A stretch of 64,000 bases of DNA. Source: Phyllosticta citribraziliensis. Taxonomy: Eukaryota. Of this stretch, positions 49,487-60,289 are shown piece by piece. The stretch covers positions 868,001-932,000 of the forward strand of contig NW_027117340.1 of NCBI RefSeq assembly GCF_038025025.1, read 5' to 3'. How positions within the stretch are numbered: the first letter of the stretch is position 1; each line of letters starts with the position of its first letter. A program made the translations under genes and the position numbers. Under the pieces are notes generated by a model. It was not told the origin of the DNA and did not search any database. It worked only from the letters and a program-made list of their open reading frames with translations.

Positions 49487-52085
49487 ATGACGCCTCCCGC
49501 CGCCAACAAGGTCGGCCATGGCCTGGCTAAGATTCTCGGCATACATCTCGACGAGACTGCCTCGTCCAACGACAATGTCACCCGCGGCGAGTCCGTCTTC
49601 TCCGTCACCAGCGCCGACACCTACATCGAAACAGAGCCAACCATCGGAGAATGGTTCAAGAGCATCTGTCCCTCGGGTGCCGACGTCGCCCGCTACTTCA
49701 AGCACCTGTTTCCCTTTTTGAGTTGGATCGGTCACTACAACTTGCAATGGCTGTACGGAGACCTTGTCGCCGGTATGCCCGTCCAGTTCTTCTCCTGCAA
49801 CCAACGCTCACTGACTTGTCCAGGTATCACGGTTGGCGCCGTCGTTGTCCCCCAGGGCATGGCCTACGCTAAGCTGGCAAACCTCCCAGTCTACTACGGA
49901 CTGTATTCGTCCTTTATGGGTGTTTTGATCTACTGGTTCTTTGCTACCTCCAAGGACATTACCATTGGCGTATGTTGACACTTCTCCCCTGACCGACTTG
50001 TGCTGACAACAATCACAGCCCGTCGCTGTCATGTCCACCGTCACCGGAAACATCGTTGCTCGAGCTGCTACCGAGCTCCCACAATACGAAGGACATGAGA
50101 TCGCATCCGCCCTTGCAGTCATTGCCGGTGGCATCGTCTGCTTCCTCGGACTGGCCCGTCTGGGCTGGCTCGTCGACTTCATCTCGCTCACGGCCATTTC
50201 CGCCTTCATGACTGGATCCGCCCTCAACATTGCCGTCGGCCAGGTCCCCGGAATGATGGGCATCACTGGTTTCTCATCGCGTGGTACAACCTACAAGGTC
50301 GTCATCAACACGCTCAAGCACCTTGGGAGGTCCGATCTGAACGCCGCCATGGGTCTGACGGCCCTCTTCCTGCTCTACCTCATCCGCTTCACGTGCACCA
50401 CGCTGGCCAAGCGACACCCCGCCAAGGCCAAACTCTACTTCTTCCTATCGACTCTCCGGACCGTCTTCGTCATTCTTCTCTACACCCTGGTCAGCTGGCT
50501 CGTCAACCGTCACCATCGCGACGACCCCAAATTCAAGGTTCTGGGCACTGTGCCGCGAGGTTTCCAGCACGCAGCCGTGCCAACCGTCAACGCCGACATC
50601 TGCTCCTTCTTTGCCTCTGAACTCCCCGCTTCCGTCATCGTTCTCCTCATCGAGCACATTTCGATTTCAAAGTCTTTTGGACGAGTCAACAACTATTCCA
50701 TCGACCCGTCCCAAGAATTGGTCGCCATTGGTGTCTCCAACCTCCTTGGTCCTTTCCTCGGTGGTTACCCCTCCACCGGATCCTTCTCGCGCACTGCCAT
50801 CAAATCCAAGGCTGGTGTCCGAACTCCCTTTGCTGGTGTCATTACGGCTCTTGTTGTGCTTCTTGCCATTTACGCCTTGCCCGCCGTCTTCTTTTACATT
50901 CCAAATGCGACGCTCAGTGGCGTCATCATCCACGCAGTCGGAGATCTCATCACTCCACCAGACACCATCTACCGGTTTTGGAGAATCTCGCCCCTTGAAG
51001 TTCCCATCTTCTTCGCCGGTGTCTTTGTAACCATCTTCAGCTCCATTGAGAACGGAATTTACACGACCATTGCCGTTTCGGCCGCCTTGCTCCTCTTCCG
51101 CATGTTCAAGGCCCGCGGTCGCTTCCTCGGCAAAGTCAAGGTCAGGTCGATCGAGGGCGAGCACCTGCTCAACGACGAGACAAAGCCCAAGTCGATCGAG
51201 GACATGCTCAAGCAGAACTCGAGGCAGAGCGAGAACAATGACGACTCGACCAGGGAAATCTTCCTTCCCATTGACCACCACGACGGATCCAACCCAGACT
51301 TGCACGTCCAATCGCCCGCGCCGGGAATCTTCATTTACCGGTTCAGCGAGGGATTCAACTACCCCAACGCAAACCACTACTTGGACTACATGGTCGAGGT
51401 CATCTTCAAGGAGACGCAACGCACCAACCCGCAGGCATACGGCAGACTGGGAGATCGCCCCTGGAACGACCCGGGTCCGCGTCGCGGCAAGGAATTGAAA
51501 CAAGACGACCGTCCGACGCTCAAGGCCATTATCCTAGACTTTTCGTCCGTCAACAATGTCGACATCACCTCGGTACAGCACCTCATCGACGTGCGCAACC
51601 AGCTCGACCGATATGCCTCGCCCGAGAAGGTAGAGTGGCACTTTGCATGCATCAACAACCGCTGGACAAAGCGCGCCCTCGCATCGGCTGGCTTTGGATA
51701 CCCCACGTCGGATCTCCAGTCTGGCGAAACATTTGGTCACTGGAAGCCCATTTTCAGCGTCGCAGAAATCGGAGGGGCTGACAGCGCCGCCAACGCAGCA
51801 CATGCCGAGGAGAGGACAGTCGCCAGCCGTCGCGGGGACGAAGAGCACGAGATTGCAACAGAACCGCGCGGATCGTCGGACGAGGAGGGCCAGGACAGCA
51901 TCGACAAGAATTTCAACAAGACGACCGTGCTGGGTCGCGAGCAGAAGCGGGTGCTGGTTCAAGGCGTCAACAGGCCACTCTTCCACGTCGACCTGACGAG
52001 CGCGCTGATTTCGGCGGTCCAAAACGCCGAGAGGAGGAGGATACATCAGCACGGCTACGGCGCCATCAACAAGCCCTCTGAGTAG
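49487..52085 (+). CDS. sB: SulP/SLC26 sulfate permease with STAS domain (sB/cys-14-like), 3 exons
   Basis: WLYGDLVA/GITVGAVVVPQGMAYAKLA, GLYSSFMGVLIYWFFATSKDITIG, TGSFSRTAIKSKAGVRTP and STAS AIILDFSSVNNVDITSVQ. Confidence 0.93.
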
Positions 52086-52956
52086 GAGGTCGCGCATTGT
52101 TTCTTTTTTTCTTCATCTTTCAACTTTCATGACGCCTATTACCGCATTTTATGACGATTCTTATATCCACTTGCACAGCGGAGGACAGGGTTGCTGTTCT
52201 CGGGAAGGGTTCTGCATTTGTCTCATGACGAGCACTTGATTCGCGTTGGGGGGAGGGGACGACGTTTGGGAATTTTTGGGTACAGGTAGACAGCTGGATT
52301 TGCATCCAAATGAAAAAAGGTGGTGGTTTGTCTTGAGAGCGTCGTCGTCGTCGTCGTCGTCTTCAACGTGACTGTGAAACGCTGCGCCGGGGATCAAACG
52401 GCGAAGGTGCCAGAAGAGGCATGGCGCCCTTGTTCCCTGCAGCTGCGGTGGTGCATTGCATTGCGCGGGCGGAGCGGAGCGCGGAGCCAGCCAGACTGGA
52501 CCACCCGGACAGCACCCAGACCACCACCTACGCGTATCCGTAAGGTGGCCTTTATCAAAACCATCATTGAACATTTAGCCGTCGACCCTCACCCCCGAGT
52601 CCCCGCCAACCTCCTTGCGTCCGCCGTCCTCTTCACTCCCGCATGCATCACGGCGCCCGTCCTCTCCCTCGATACCCTTTGTAAATCTACAATTAGCCGA
52701 TTGGCCCTTTGGAGAGCTGCATCCACCAGCTCTTGGTTTCGAAGCGCGACGCTGCGTGCTCGATCGCCTACAGTTCATTTCGAAATCTCTCTTTCGACAC
52801 GACATACGAACGCAGACTAGCCGTGCTCGACCCAAGGGTCTCTCCTCTCGGTCCCCGCCCATCCGCGGCGAAACCACGTCCCGACCTCCCTAGGTACCTC
52901 AGCACCACCACGACGATACTACCCCGCGCCTCGACGGCACCGAGTCCATTACCACC

Positions 52957-54488
52957 ATGCCGGCCAAGTCGCGCTTCACGCGGCTAGATGCCTTTACAAA
53001 GACGGTCGAGGATGCGCGCGTGCGCACCACGTCTGGCGGGCTGATAACAATAACCAGCCTGTTGATGATTCTGTGGCTCATATGGGGCGAGTGGGCAGAC
53101 TACCGGCGAATCCTGGTGAAGCCGGAGCTGATTGTGGACAAGGGCAGAGGTGGGTTGTTGCAATCCTGCATCAATTGATGCGCCACGGACGGGACGAGCG
53201 CTGACGGCCGACGGTGCAGGCGAGAAGATGGAGATTCACATGAACATTTCGTTCCCACGCGTGCCCTGTGAGCTGCTTACGTTGGACGTCATGGACGTGT
53301 CTGGCGAAATCCAGACGGGCGTCATGCACGGCGTCAACAAGGTCAGGCTCTCGCCCGAAAACGAGGGCAGCCGCGTTCTGGAGAGCAAGGCGCTGGATCT
53401 GTAAGGCATCCCCGCGTTCAATTCAACCACCAGCCCCAGGATTGACCATACGGCAACAGCCACTCCGAGGAAGCCTCCCACATGGACCCCGACTACTGCG
53501 GCCAATGCTACGGCGCCCCTCCTCCCACCAACGCCAAAAAGGCCGGCTGCTGCAACACATGCGACGACGTCCGCGACGCCTACGCCAGCATCTCGTGGTC
53601 GTTTGGACGGGGCGAGAACGTCGAGCAGTGCGAGCGCGAGCACTACGCCGAGAAGCTCGACGCCCAGCGCAAGGAAGGCTGCCGCATCGAAGGCGGCATC
53701 CGGGTCAACAAGGTCGTGGGCAACTTCCACTTTGCGCCGGGCAAGAGCTTCAGCACCGGCAACATGCACGTGCACGATCTCGAAAACTACTTCAAGGACG
53801 AGTGGAGCCATAGCTTCAGCCACAAGATCCACTCGCTGCGCTTCGGGCCTCAGCTGCCCGACGACGTCGTGGCCAAGCTCGAGGCGTCGGGCAAGAGCGC
53901 GTCGTCGCTGTGGACCAACCACCACGTCAACCCGCTCGACGACACGGAGCAGCGCACCGAGGAAAAGGCCTTCAACTACATGTACTTTGTCAAGGTCGTC
54001 AGCACCGCGTACCTGCCGCTGGGCTGGGAGTCGCGCGCCGCCACCGACACCAAGACGGGCCTGTCGGCCATCTTGCCCGACACCAACAGCCTGCCCATCG
54101 GCAGCTACGGCCTCGACAGCCAGGCTGGCAGCATCGAGACCCACCAGTACAGCGTCACGAGCCACAAGCGCAGCCTGACGGGCGGCGCCGACGGCGAGGG
54201 CCACAAGGACAGACTGCACGCCCGCGGCGGCATTCCCGGTGTCTTTTTCTCCTATGTGTGTTCTCCTTCCTCCCGATCCGCCCCTCTCAGGAGATGAATT
54301 GGCTAACGAGGCTCGTACAGGATATTTCGCCCATGAAGGTCATCAACCGCGAAGCCCGCGCCAAGAGCTTCTCCGCCTTCCTCGTCGGCGTGTGCGCCGT
54401 CATTGGCGGCACGCTCACGGTCGCGGCGGCCGTGGACCGCGCGCTGTACGAGGGCAGTTCGCGGCTCAAGAAGCTGCACACGGGTTGA
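52957..54488 (+). CDS. ERV46: ER-Golgi intermediate compartment protein Erv46 (ERGIC3), 4 exons
   Basis: RLDAFTKTVEDARVRTTSGG, CGQCYGA...CCNTCDDVRDAY, EGCRIEGGIRVNKVVGNFHFAPG, GGIPGVFFSYDISPMKVINRE and a C-terminal TM segment. Confidence 0.95.
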
Positions 54489-56540
54489 GTAAGTGCTTCG
54501 TTGCATCTCGTGTTTTTGACTTGATGCCGCTCGAGTCGTTGTTGTTAGCCGTAGGCTATTGGATGATGGATGATGTGGATGTACAGTGAGTGAGTGTAGC
54601 CAATCGGAGCATTTATGTGCAGATGGGCAAAACCGGAGACGGAGTTGCGTTTTGTTGCGTTGAGCGTGGTAGAAAGAAACGACGGAGCGGAGGAAACAGA
54701 CGAAATGGCAGTGTGTGGTGACAGCAGCCAGCCAAAGAAAGACGGCAAAAGAGATAACGGGAGAAGAAGTGTTTGTAAGGCCGGGGCGGGCGTATGTAGG
54801 CGTTTGATTTGATTTAGTTGGTAGGTATGTATCCAGGGTCCTCCCTCCCCCTTTTCGCATGTACATAGCTTGAGATAGTCGCCGTCGTCGTGGTTGTTAT
54901 TCTCCTAGTCTTGTCTCTCTTCCTCTTCACCTCCACTTGTCTTCCTCCCTCCTTCACTCTCATCTGACCTCGTCTCATCTCGTCCTCCCATGAAGGAACC
55001 TCATCATTCGTCTATCCAGGCATATCAAGCCAGCCTGCTAGTCCATCCACAAACGCTTCCGGCTTCCAGATCAACGCAGGCAGGCAGGAGTGCGATACGC
55101 AGCACGCACGCACGCACGCACGCCATATATTGCTTCGATGCATCAAGACAGACAACATCAGCCTCATCAGCCTCGTCGGCGTCAGCGTTGCAATTCCTTC
55201 TTCACACACGCATCGATCCACCCATCCATGCATGCATGCATGCCATGCTGTGTTTGCCACGCAGCTTGCGTCAAAAGCAACACCACTGACGAAAGCGCCA
55301 AGGCGTTGAGCTGAGCTGAAATCTGGAGCGAAGGAGGAGTCGAGCTGAAATGTATGTTTGGATGGTGTGTGTGGAGGGAAGGGTGGAGGGATGGGGAGAT
55401 GAGGAGGCGCAGAAGTGGTGTGCTTTTGCGCCTGTCTGTCGCTCGCTCGCTCGCTGCAGTGTGTGTGCTCCTCTGTAACTACCCATGTGACTGGCCTGCC
55501 CGCCGGGTGCATTGTTGGATGGTTCCAACCAAGGTTGGTTGGTTGACTACGTGATTGACGCCATTACTGACGCATGTGGCATCTTCGCTCGCGTGCGTGC
55601 GTGCTACGTGCGTGCTACGTGCGTGCGCTACCAGCGACATAGTTACCTCCCGTAAGCATATACAGGTACACACGCTGCTGCGTGCTCGATTCTTGCTTTT
55701 ACTTTTGCCTTTGCTTTCCACTTTGACTTTCCTTCCTCTGGCTTTTCTCCACTTCCTGTCTTCGCGCTGGGAAATCTACCAACCAACCATCTACCTACCA
55801 GCTGACGAATAGACTCACGTCAAATGTCGAACTTCACTCCAATCCAACTTCGTCGGGGTGGGGAGGCGAGGCTGATTTGAGCTGAGAGCTGAGAGTGGAT
55901 GGATGGAAGAGAGGATAGGGAAGGCAATAGTGGCAGGTGGTAGGTGGTAGGTGGTAGATGTGAGGAGAGGAGATGAGGTAGGTGAGGTGCACAAGTGCTA
56001 CCTACCTCCTTTGTCTTTCATTCCCGTCCCTTCTCTTCTCTTCTCTTCTCTTTTCTTGACATCTCTTGTCTTACCCATTCTTCCTCTACTCTCGCACACT
56101 TTACCTCACCATCTCCCATCCTCTCCAGTCAACAGGCCACCAACAGTCCATCAACCATCAATCACTTCTACAGCACGAACGCGCAACAACAAAGGCGGAG
56201 TGGAAAAAAGTCAGAAGTGGTATTCATTCATATACATAAACCATACAACCAAACCAGCTCAAGGCAAATAGGTATCGTATCGTATCGGACAGATGAGTGC
56301 GTAGGTAGATACCGCGCAAGCTCAAAGGTAGGTAGATGAGCAGCGCCAGATGCGCCGCCGCTTCCCGTCCCCTTTGTCGGTTGCGCGTTTCCTTTCCTTT
56401 CTCCTCTTCTGTCTTGTTCTCTGATGCTCTCGCTCTCCTTGGTCTGAGCCAGCGCTATTTACGCTGCTCGTCGCGTCTTCTCTCGTCTCGCACACCACAT
56501 ACATCGTCATCGTTACAGTCCAACACGGCACGAGGTGTGC

Positions 56541-56777
56541 CTAACAGACCGACCAAAAGCTCTCCTCGCTGGCCTCTCGCACTCGCGCTCCAGCAGCTCC
56601 AGAGCCGCCGTGCGGCGCCAGCTCGTCGCCCCACACGTCGCCTTCATCCTCGTCCTCCTCTTCGCCCTCGGCATCAATCTCTACCACCTCAACGCCGGCG
56701 TCATCGCCCTCGAGCGTCTCCGTCTCGCTCGTCGCCGGCGGGCTCGGCGGCCCCTCGATTGGCCGCCGCAGTAATTG
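56541..56777 (-). other. Candidate stop-codon readthrough extension (78 aa) of the TamA/Dal81-like protein
   Basis: TGA at 56780-56778 is followed by CAATTA, an 8-bp GC hairpin and 78 open codons to TAG at 56543-56541, with acidic, coding-like composition. Confidence 0.7.
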
Positions 56778-59288
56778 TCACGCCGAGCTGATGGGCGTCT
56801 TGAGGCCGCCGCGCTCCTCGGCCTCGTCGGCGTCGGCATCTGCGTCGGCATCCGCTTCCCCGGCGTCGTCTTCCATCATTTCGTGCTCCATCAGCTCGTC
56901 CGCGTCCATGTCGCCGTCGAGCTCCGCGTCGCTGGCGTCGTCGCCTTCGCCTTCGCTCATGAGGAGCATGTGGTCGTCGTCGGGGTCGACGTCCAACGAC
57001 GCAGACGCAGACACCTGGTGCGACGAGGGATGCAGCGTGTAGCGGTGGTAGGGGTGGCCCGAAGAAGACGACGCCGTGGATTGGAAGCCGCTGTGGCTGA
57101 GGGCAGACACCGACGAGAGGCCCGTCTTCCACGACGGAACGCCCGAGTCGGAGACGGAAAAGGGCTGGTTGCGGCGTGGTGGTTGGTGGACTTGATCGGC
57201 CAGGCGCGGCTTCTCGTCGACCCCCTTGAGCATCTCCCGGCTGGCGTCGAGGACGCGGATGGCGTAGTCGAGCCAGCGCGCCTGCGAGGCGCTCACGCTC
57301 AGCGTCCAGCGATACTCGCGAAGTCGCGTGCGGTAAAAGTCGGCCTCCTCCTTTCCTGGCGCCGTGGCCCACAGCAAAGATCCAAACGTGCCAATCAGCG
57401 TGAAGTTGATCTTGGACGCAAAGTACCAGAAGCTCTGCAGGTGCGCCGGGGTCAAGCGGTTCACAAAGTCCATGGCTGAGATGAGGCGCGTTTTGGCCGC
57501 CGAGCGACAGATGAAGAGGAGGTACGGGTCCGACGTGTCGGGGTCAAGCGACTGCACGATGCGCCGGTGCAATGTGATTTCGGTCGCAAAGTAGGCCAGA
57601 TGCAGAGCACCGGTTGCTGCGGGCGGTTTAGCAGGGAAAACGCCACGAAAGGAGTGCGTCAGAGGCGGCGGGGTGGTATTACCAGTACTGGTCGAGGCTC
57701 GCGAGTTGCTCTGGCTGTCGATGCGCGTCGACGGAGGCAACCTCGCGAACCACTCCTTCAGCTTGATTTGCACCGGCTTGGCGCGCTCCAGGATGAGCCG
57801 CGTCGAGTTCTTGCCGGCTGACCGAAAGTCTTGAATGGCCGTCTGCGTGTAAAACGTATCCATGACTTCGGCCATGATGGCCGTCAGGGTAATCATTTGC
57901 GCATACACGTACGCCCCCTTTTCATCCTCGGCCGCCTCGTCCTCGCTGCCTGCTCGTAACACCTCGCCCGTCTGCGACGCCCCCTCCTCGCAAAAGTCCT
58001 CGTCCGTCAGGGGTTCCACTGCCCAGTCGGCACTGAAGATGTGAGATGGTCGGCCATGGATCAGTGAGCTCCACTTGTCCTGCATGTACAGAGCCCAGGC
58101 GATACGCTTCCTCAGCCCCCTTTCCCACAAAGGAATCGTCCAGTTGGTGCAATCCAAGTGCAGGCCCAATTCTTGTCCAATGGCTACCAGTTGAGTGGTT
58201 AAGCTCCACGCGTCCGAGTCGGGGCGCTGGAGCAGCAGCAGGCCAGCCTGGATGGTAGAGAGCTTTGGCCGCTCCATGGCCTTGGGCATCCACTGGTACG
58301 CAATGGCCTCCAGCCTGGCTACGTCAGGCTTTGGGAGCGACGCCAGCCTCGAGTCGTGTGACCACCACTGCAATGCCAAGATGTAGATGCCGGCCAGGAG
58401 CGGCGGCGAGATTTGACGATCGGCATCCCGATGGCGCTGCATGAACAAGCTTTTCTGGATGACGGGGAAGCTGGGATGGACGGTGCCAAAGTAAATGTCC
58501 ATCAGGGTCGAGCCGTGGGGGGCCACGACGGCCTCGACGGCGTTCAAGGCTTCGGTTTCGTGGTCATAGTCTTGGGTGTTTTCGTCGGGCAGCATGATGA
58601 AATGTTCATGGCTGTCAACCTTGCGCAGCACACCGAGGTCAATGGTGCTCTCGTTGCGGTGGTCGAACTGGGCGAGGCTGATGAGCAGCGGGTCCAAGGG
58701 GGTCGTTGGACCAATGTATTTGCTGTGTTGCTTGCGCTGGAGGCCCAGGGTCTCTTGCAGCGTGTGGGCAGTCGTGTCCCTGACCTGGGGGACGTGGGGC
58801 GAGAACCTGGTCCGTGGCGAGCGCTGGAGAGGAGTTGGAGGTTGTCGCGAGAGCTCCCTATCGACGGACCTGTGATGGACGAGAGTCAGTATCACGCAGG
58901 GGGAGTGGGGGGTCAGGTAGGTTCTATGTCGGTACCTCTTCTTGACGCCTTGGTCGGATAGGGAATCTTGGTTGTGAATCTTTCGTTTGCGCGGCAGGGG
59001 GCTCTGGACAAAGGTGCAGTCCTGCTTGTGGAACTCGCACAAGACGCACAGCAGGGCGCCGTCGTGGATGACGCAGCGGCTCTTGCGGCGGCGACAGGCG
59101 TCACAGGGTCTCTCACGGCGCGAGCGGACGGCAGGAGTGATTTGGGCTTGGGACGAGTGCGGCTTCAGAGGAAAGACATTCTCCTTGCCGGGCATGGCAG
59201 ACTTTGTTTTGGGACGGGCGGCAGCTATAGGCACAAGGTCTGGAGCAGGACGAGGCATGGCGGGCTGTATAGCTACGGCCGTCGACAT
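56778..59288 (-). CDS. tamA: Zn(II)2Cys6 transcription factor of the TamA/Dal81 family (probable in-frame introns 58870-58935 and 57617-57682)
   Basis: CDACRRRKSRC...CVLCEFHKQDC binuclear cluster, fungal TF middle homology region (ELGLHLDC...ERGLRKRIAWALYMQDKW), and LHLAYFATEITLHR / AKTRLISAMDFVNRL recalled as TamA/Dal81-like. Confidence 0.85.
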   Translation of the reverse strand: MSTAVAIQPAMPRPAPDLVPIAAARPKTKSAMPGKENVFPLKPHSSQAQITPAVRSRRERPCDACRRRKSRCVIHDGALLCVLCEFHKQDCTFVQSPLPRKRKIHNQDSLSDQGVKKRYRHRTYLTPHSPCVILTLVHHRSVDRELSRQPPTPLQRSPRTRFSPHVPQVRDTTAHTLQETLGLQRKQHSKYIGPTTPLDPLLISLAQFDHRNESTIDLGVLRKVDSHEHFIMLPDENTQDYDHETEALNAVEAVVAPHGSTLMDIYFGTVHPSFPVIQKSLFMQRHRDADRQISPPLLAGIYILALQWWSHDSRLASLPKPDVARLEAIAYQWMPKAMERPKLSTIQAGLLLLQRPDSDAWSLTTQLVAIGQELGLHLDCTNWTIPLWERGLRKRIAWALYMQDKWSSLIHGRPSHIFSADWAVEPLTDEDFCEEGASQTGEVLRAGSEDEAAEDEKGAYVYAQMITLTAIMAEVMDTFYTQTAIQDFRSAGKNSTRLILERAKPVQIKLKEWFARLPPSTRIDSQSNSRASTSTGNTTPPPLTHSFRGVFPAKPPAATGALHLAYFATEITLHRRIVQSLDPDTSDPYLLFICRSAAKTRLISAMDFVNRLTPAHLQSFWYFASKINFTLIGTFGSLLWATAPGKEEADFYRTRLREYRWTLSVSASQARWLDYAIRVLDASREMLKGVDEKPRLADQVHQPPRRNQPFSVSDSGVPSWKTGLSSVSALSHSGFQSTASSSSGHPYHRYTLHPSSHQVSASASLDVDPDDDHMLLMSEGEGDDASDAELDGDMDADELMEHEMMEDDAGEADADADADADEAEERGGLKTPISSA

Positions 59289-59425
59289 GTCGTTTGTGGC
59301 GGAGATGACCAAGCTCCAACCTGATAGACGGATACAGACTGCGGGTCGTCGATTAGTGCCCGTTCCAAGATGGAGGGTCTGGCGGGCTGCGAACCAGTGA
59401 CGTGAGTAGCTCAGGCGGGCCGGAC

Positions 59426-60289
59426 TGATAAGGACAAGGTATGTAAGGTTCAGGTTGGGGTCGGGGTCGGGTTCGGAGTCGCGTGTGGAGGATGGATGTG
59501 GAAGGGCTTATCGGGCGGCGAGGCGAGATGTATGTATGTATGTATGCAGGCGGGAGAAGATGGGCGATTGGATTCAAAAGTAGGTGGGTAGGTAGGGATG
59601 CCGCAAGAGCAGTGCCAGCGCAGCCGGAGAAGACAATCCGAATCCGAAATGGGGCAAATGCTCAAGGGCCGTGAGAGAGGAAGATGAGGAAGTGGATGGT
59701 GCGTTCCGTCATTGAGAGAGCGAGAGGGAAGCGGAGGGCGAGCAGGCAGGAACAGCAGGTCAGAATGGCTGCCTCCTTGTGCTCTGCTGGCGGGCCGAGA
59801 CCGAGACGGGGCGCGGCGCGGGAGCGGGTGGTGATGGCGGGCGTGGTGTTGAGGTCGCATGGCATGGCAGGCTGGAGTTCCAATGAAGATATAGATAAGC
59901 TAAGGGCCCTGAGTAAAGGCCTTGGCGTGGGCTTGGTCGTTGTTACGTACTGGATATTCTCCCTTATCAGGCTGCCGCCATTGGCTCGCGCTGCCCGACC
60001 ATTACTCCCGCTATTATTCACCTTCACCTTCACCTTCACCTTCACCACCTCACAACTCCATCTCCGCGTCGCCTCCTGTCGTTTGGCCCTGTCATCTCTC
60101 CGAACTCATTCCGTCGCCTCCGTCGCCTCCACTCCGTCGTCGCCCTGGCACGTGACGTCCTTCTCTTCCACCAAACCTCAGTTACGTTACCCTTTCGAGC
60201 CCCCATGGCCATCTCTCTCTCCCTCCGCCCCTCTGACGCTCTTCTCGCCGCCAGGACTCCAACTCGCACGACCCTCGCTCCCATTATCT
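59426..60289. promoter_or_regulatory. Cluster of HGATAA (GATA-factor) motifs in the divergent promoter region
   Basis: TGATAA 59426, CGATAA (rev) 59508, AGATAA 59893, TGATAA (rev) 59964, AGATAA (rev) 60284, in otherwise GC-rich DNA. Confidence 0.35.

Noticed and set aside
56535..56774. Plus-strand 79-aa hydrophobic ORF
   Set aside because: GTG start, and it is the antisense mirror of the acidic readthrough frame. The minus-strand reading explains the composition better.
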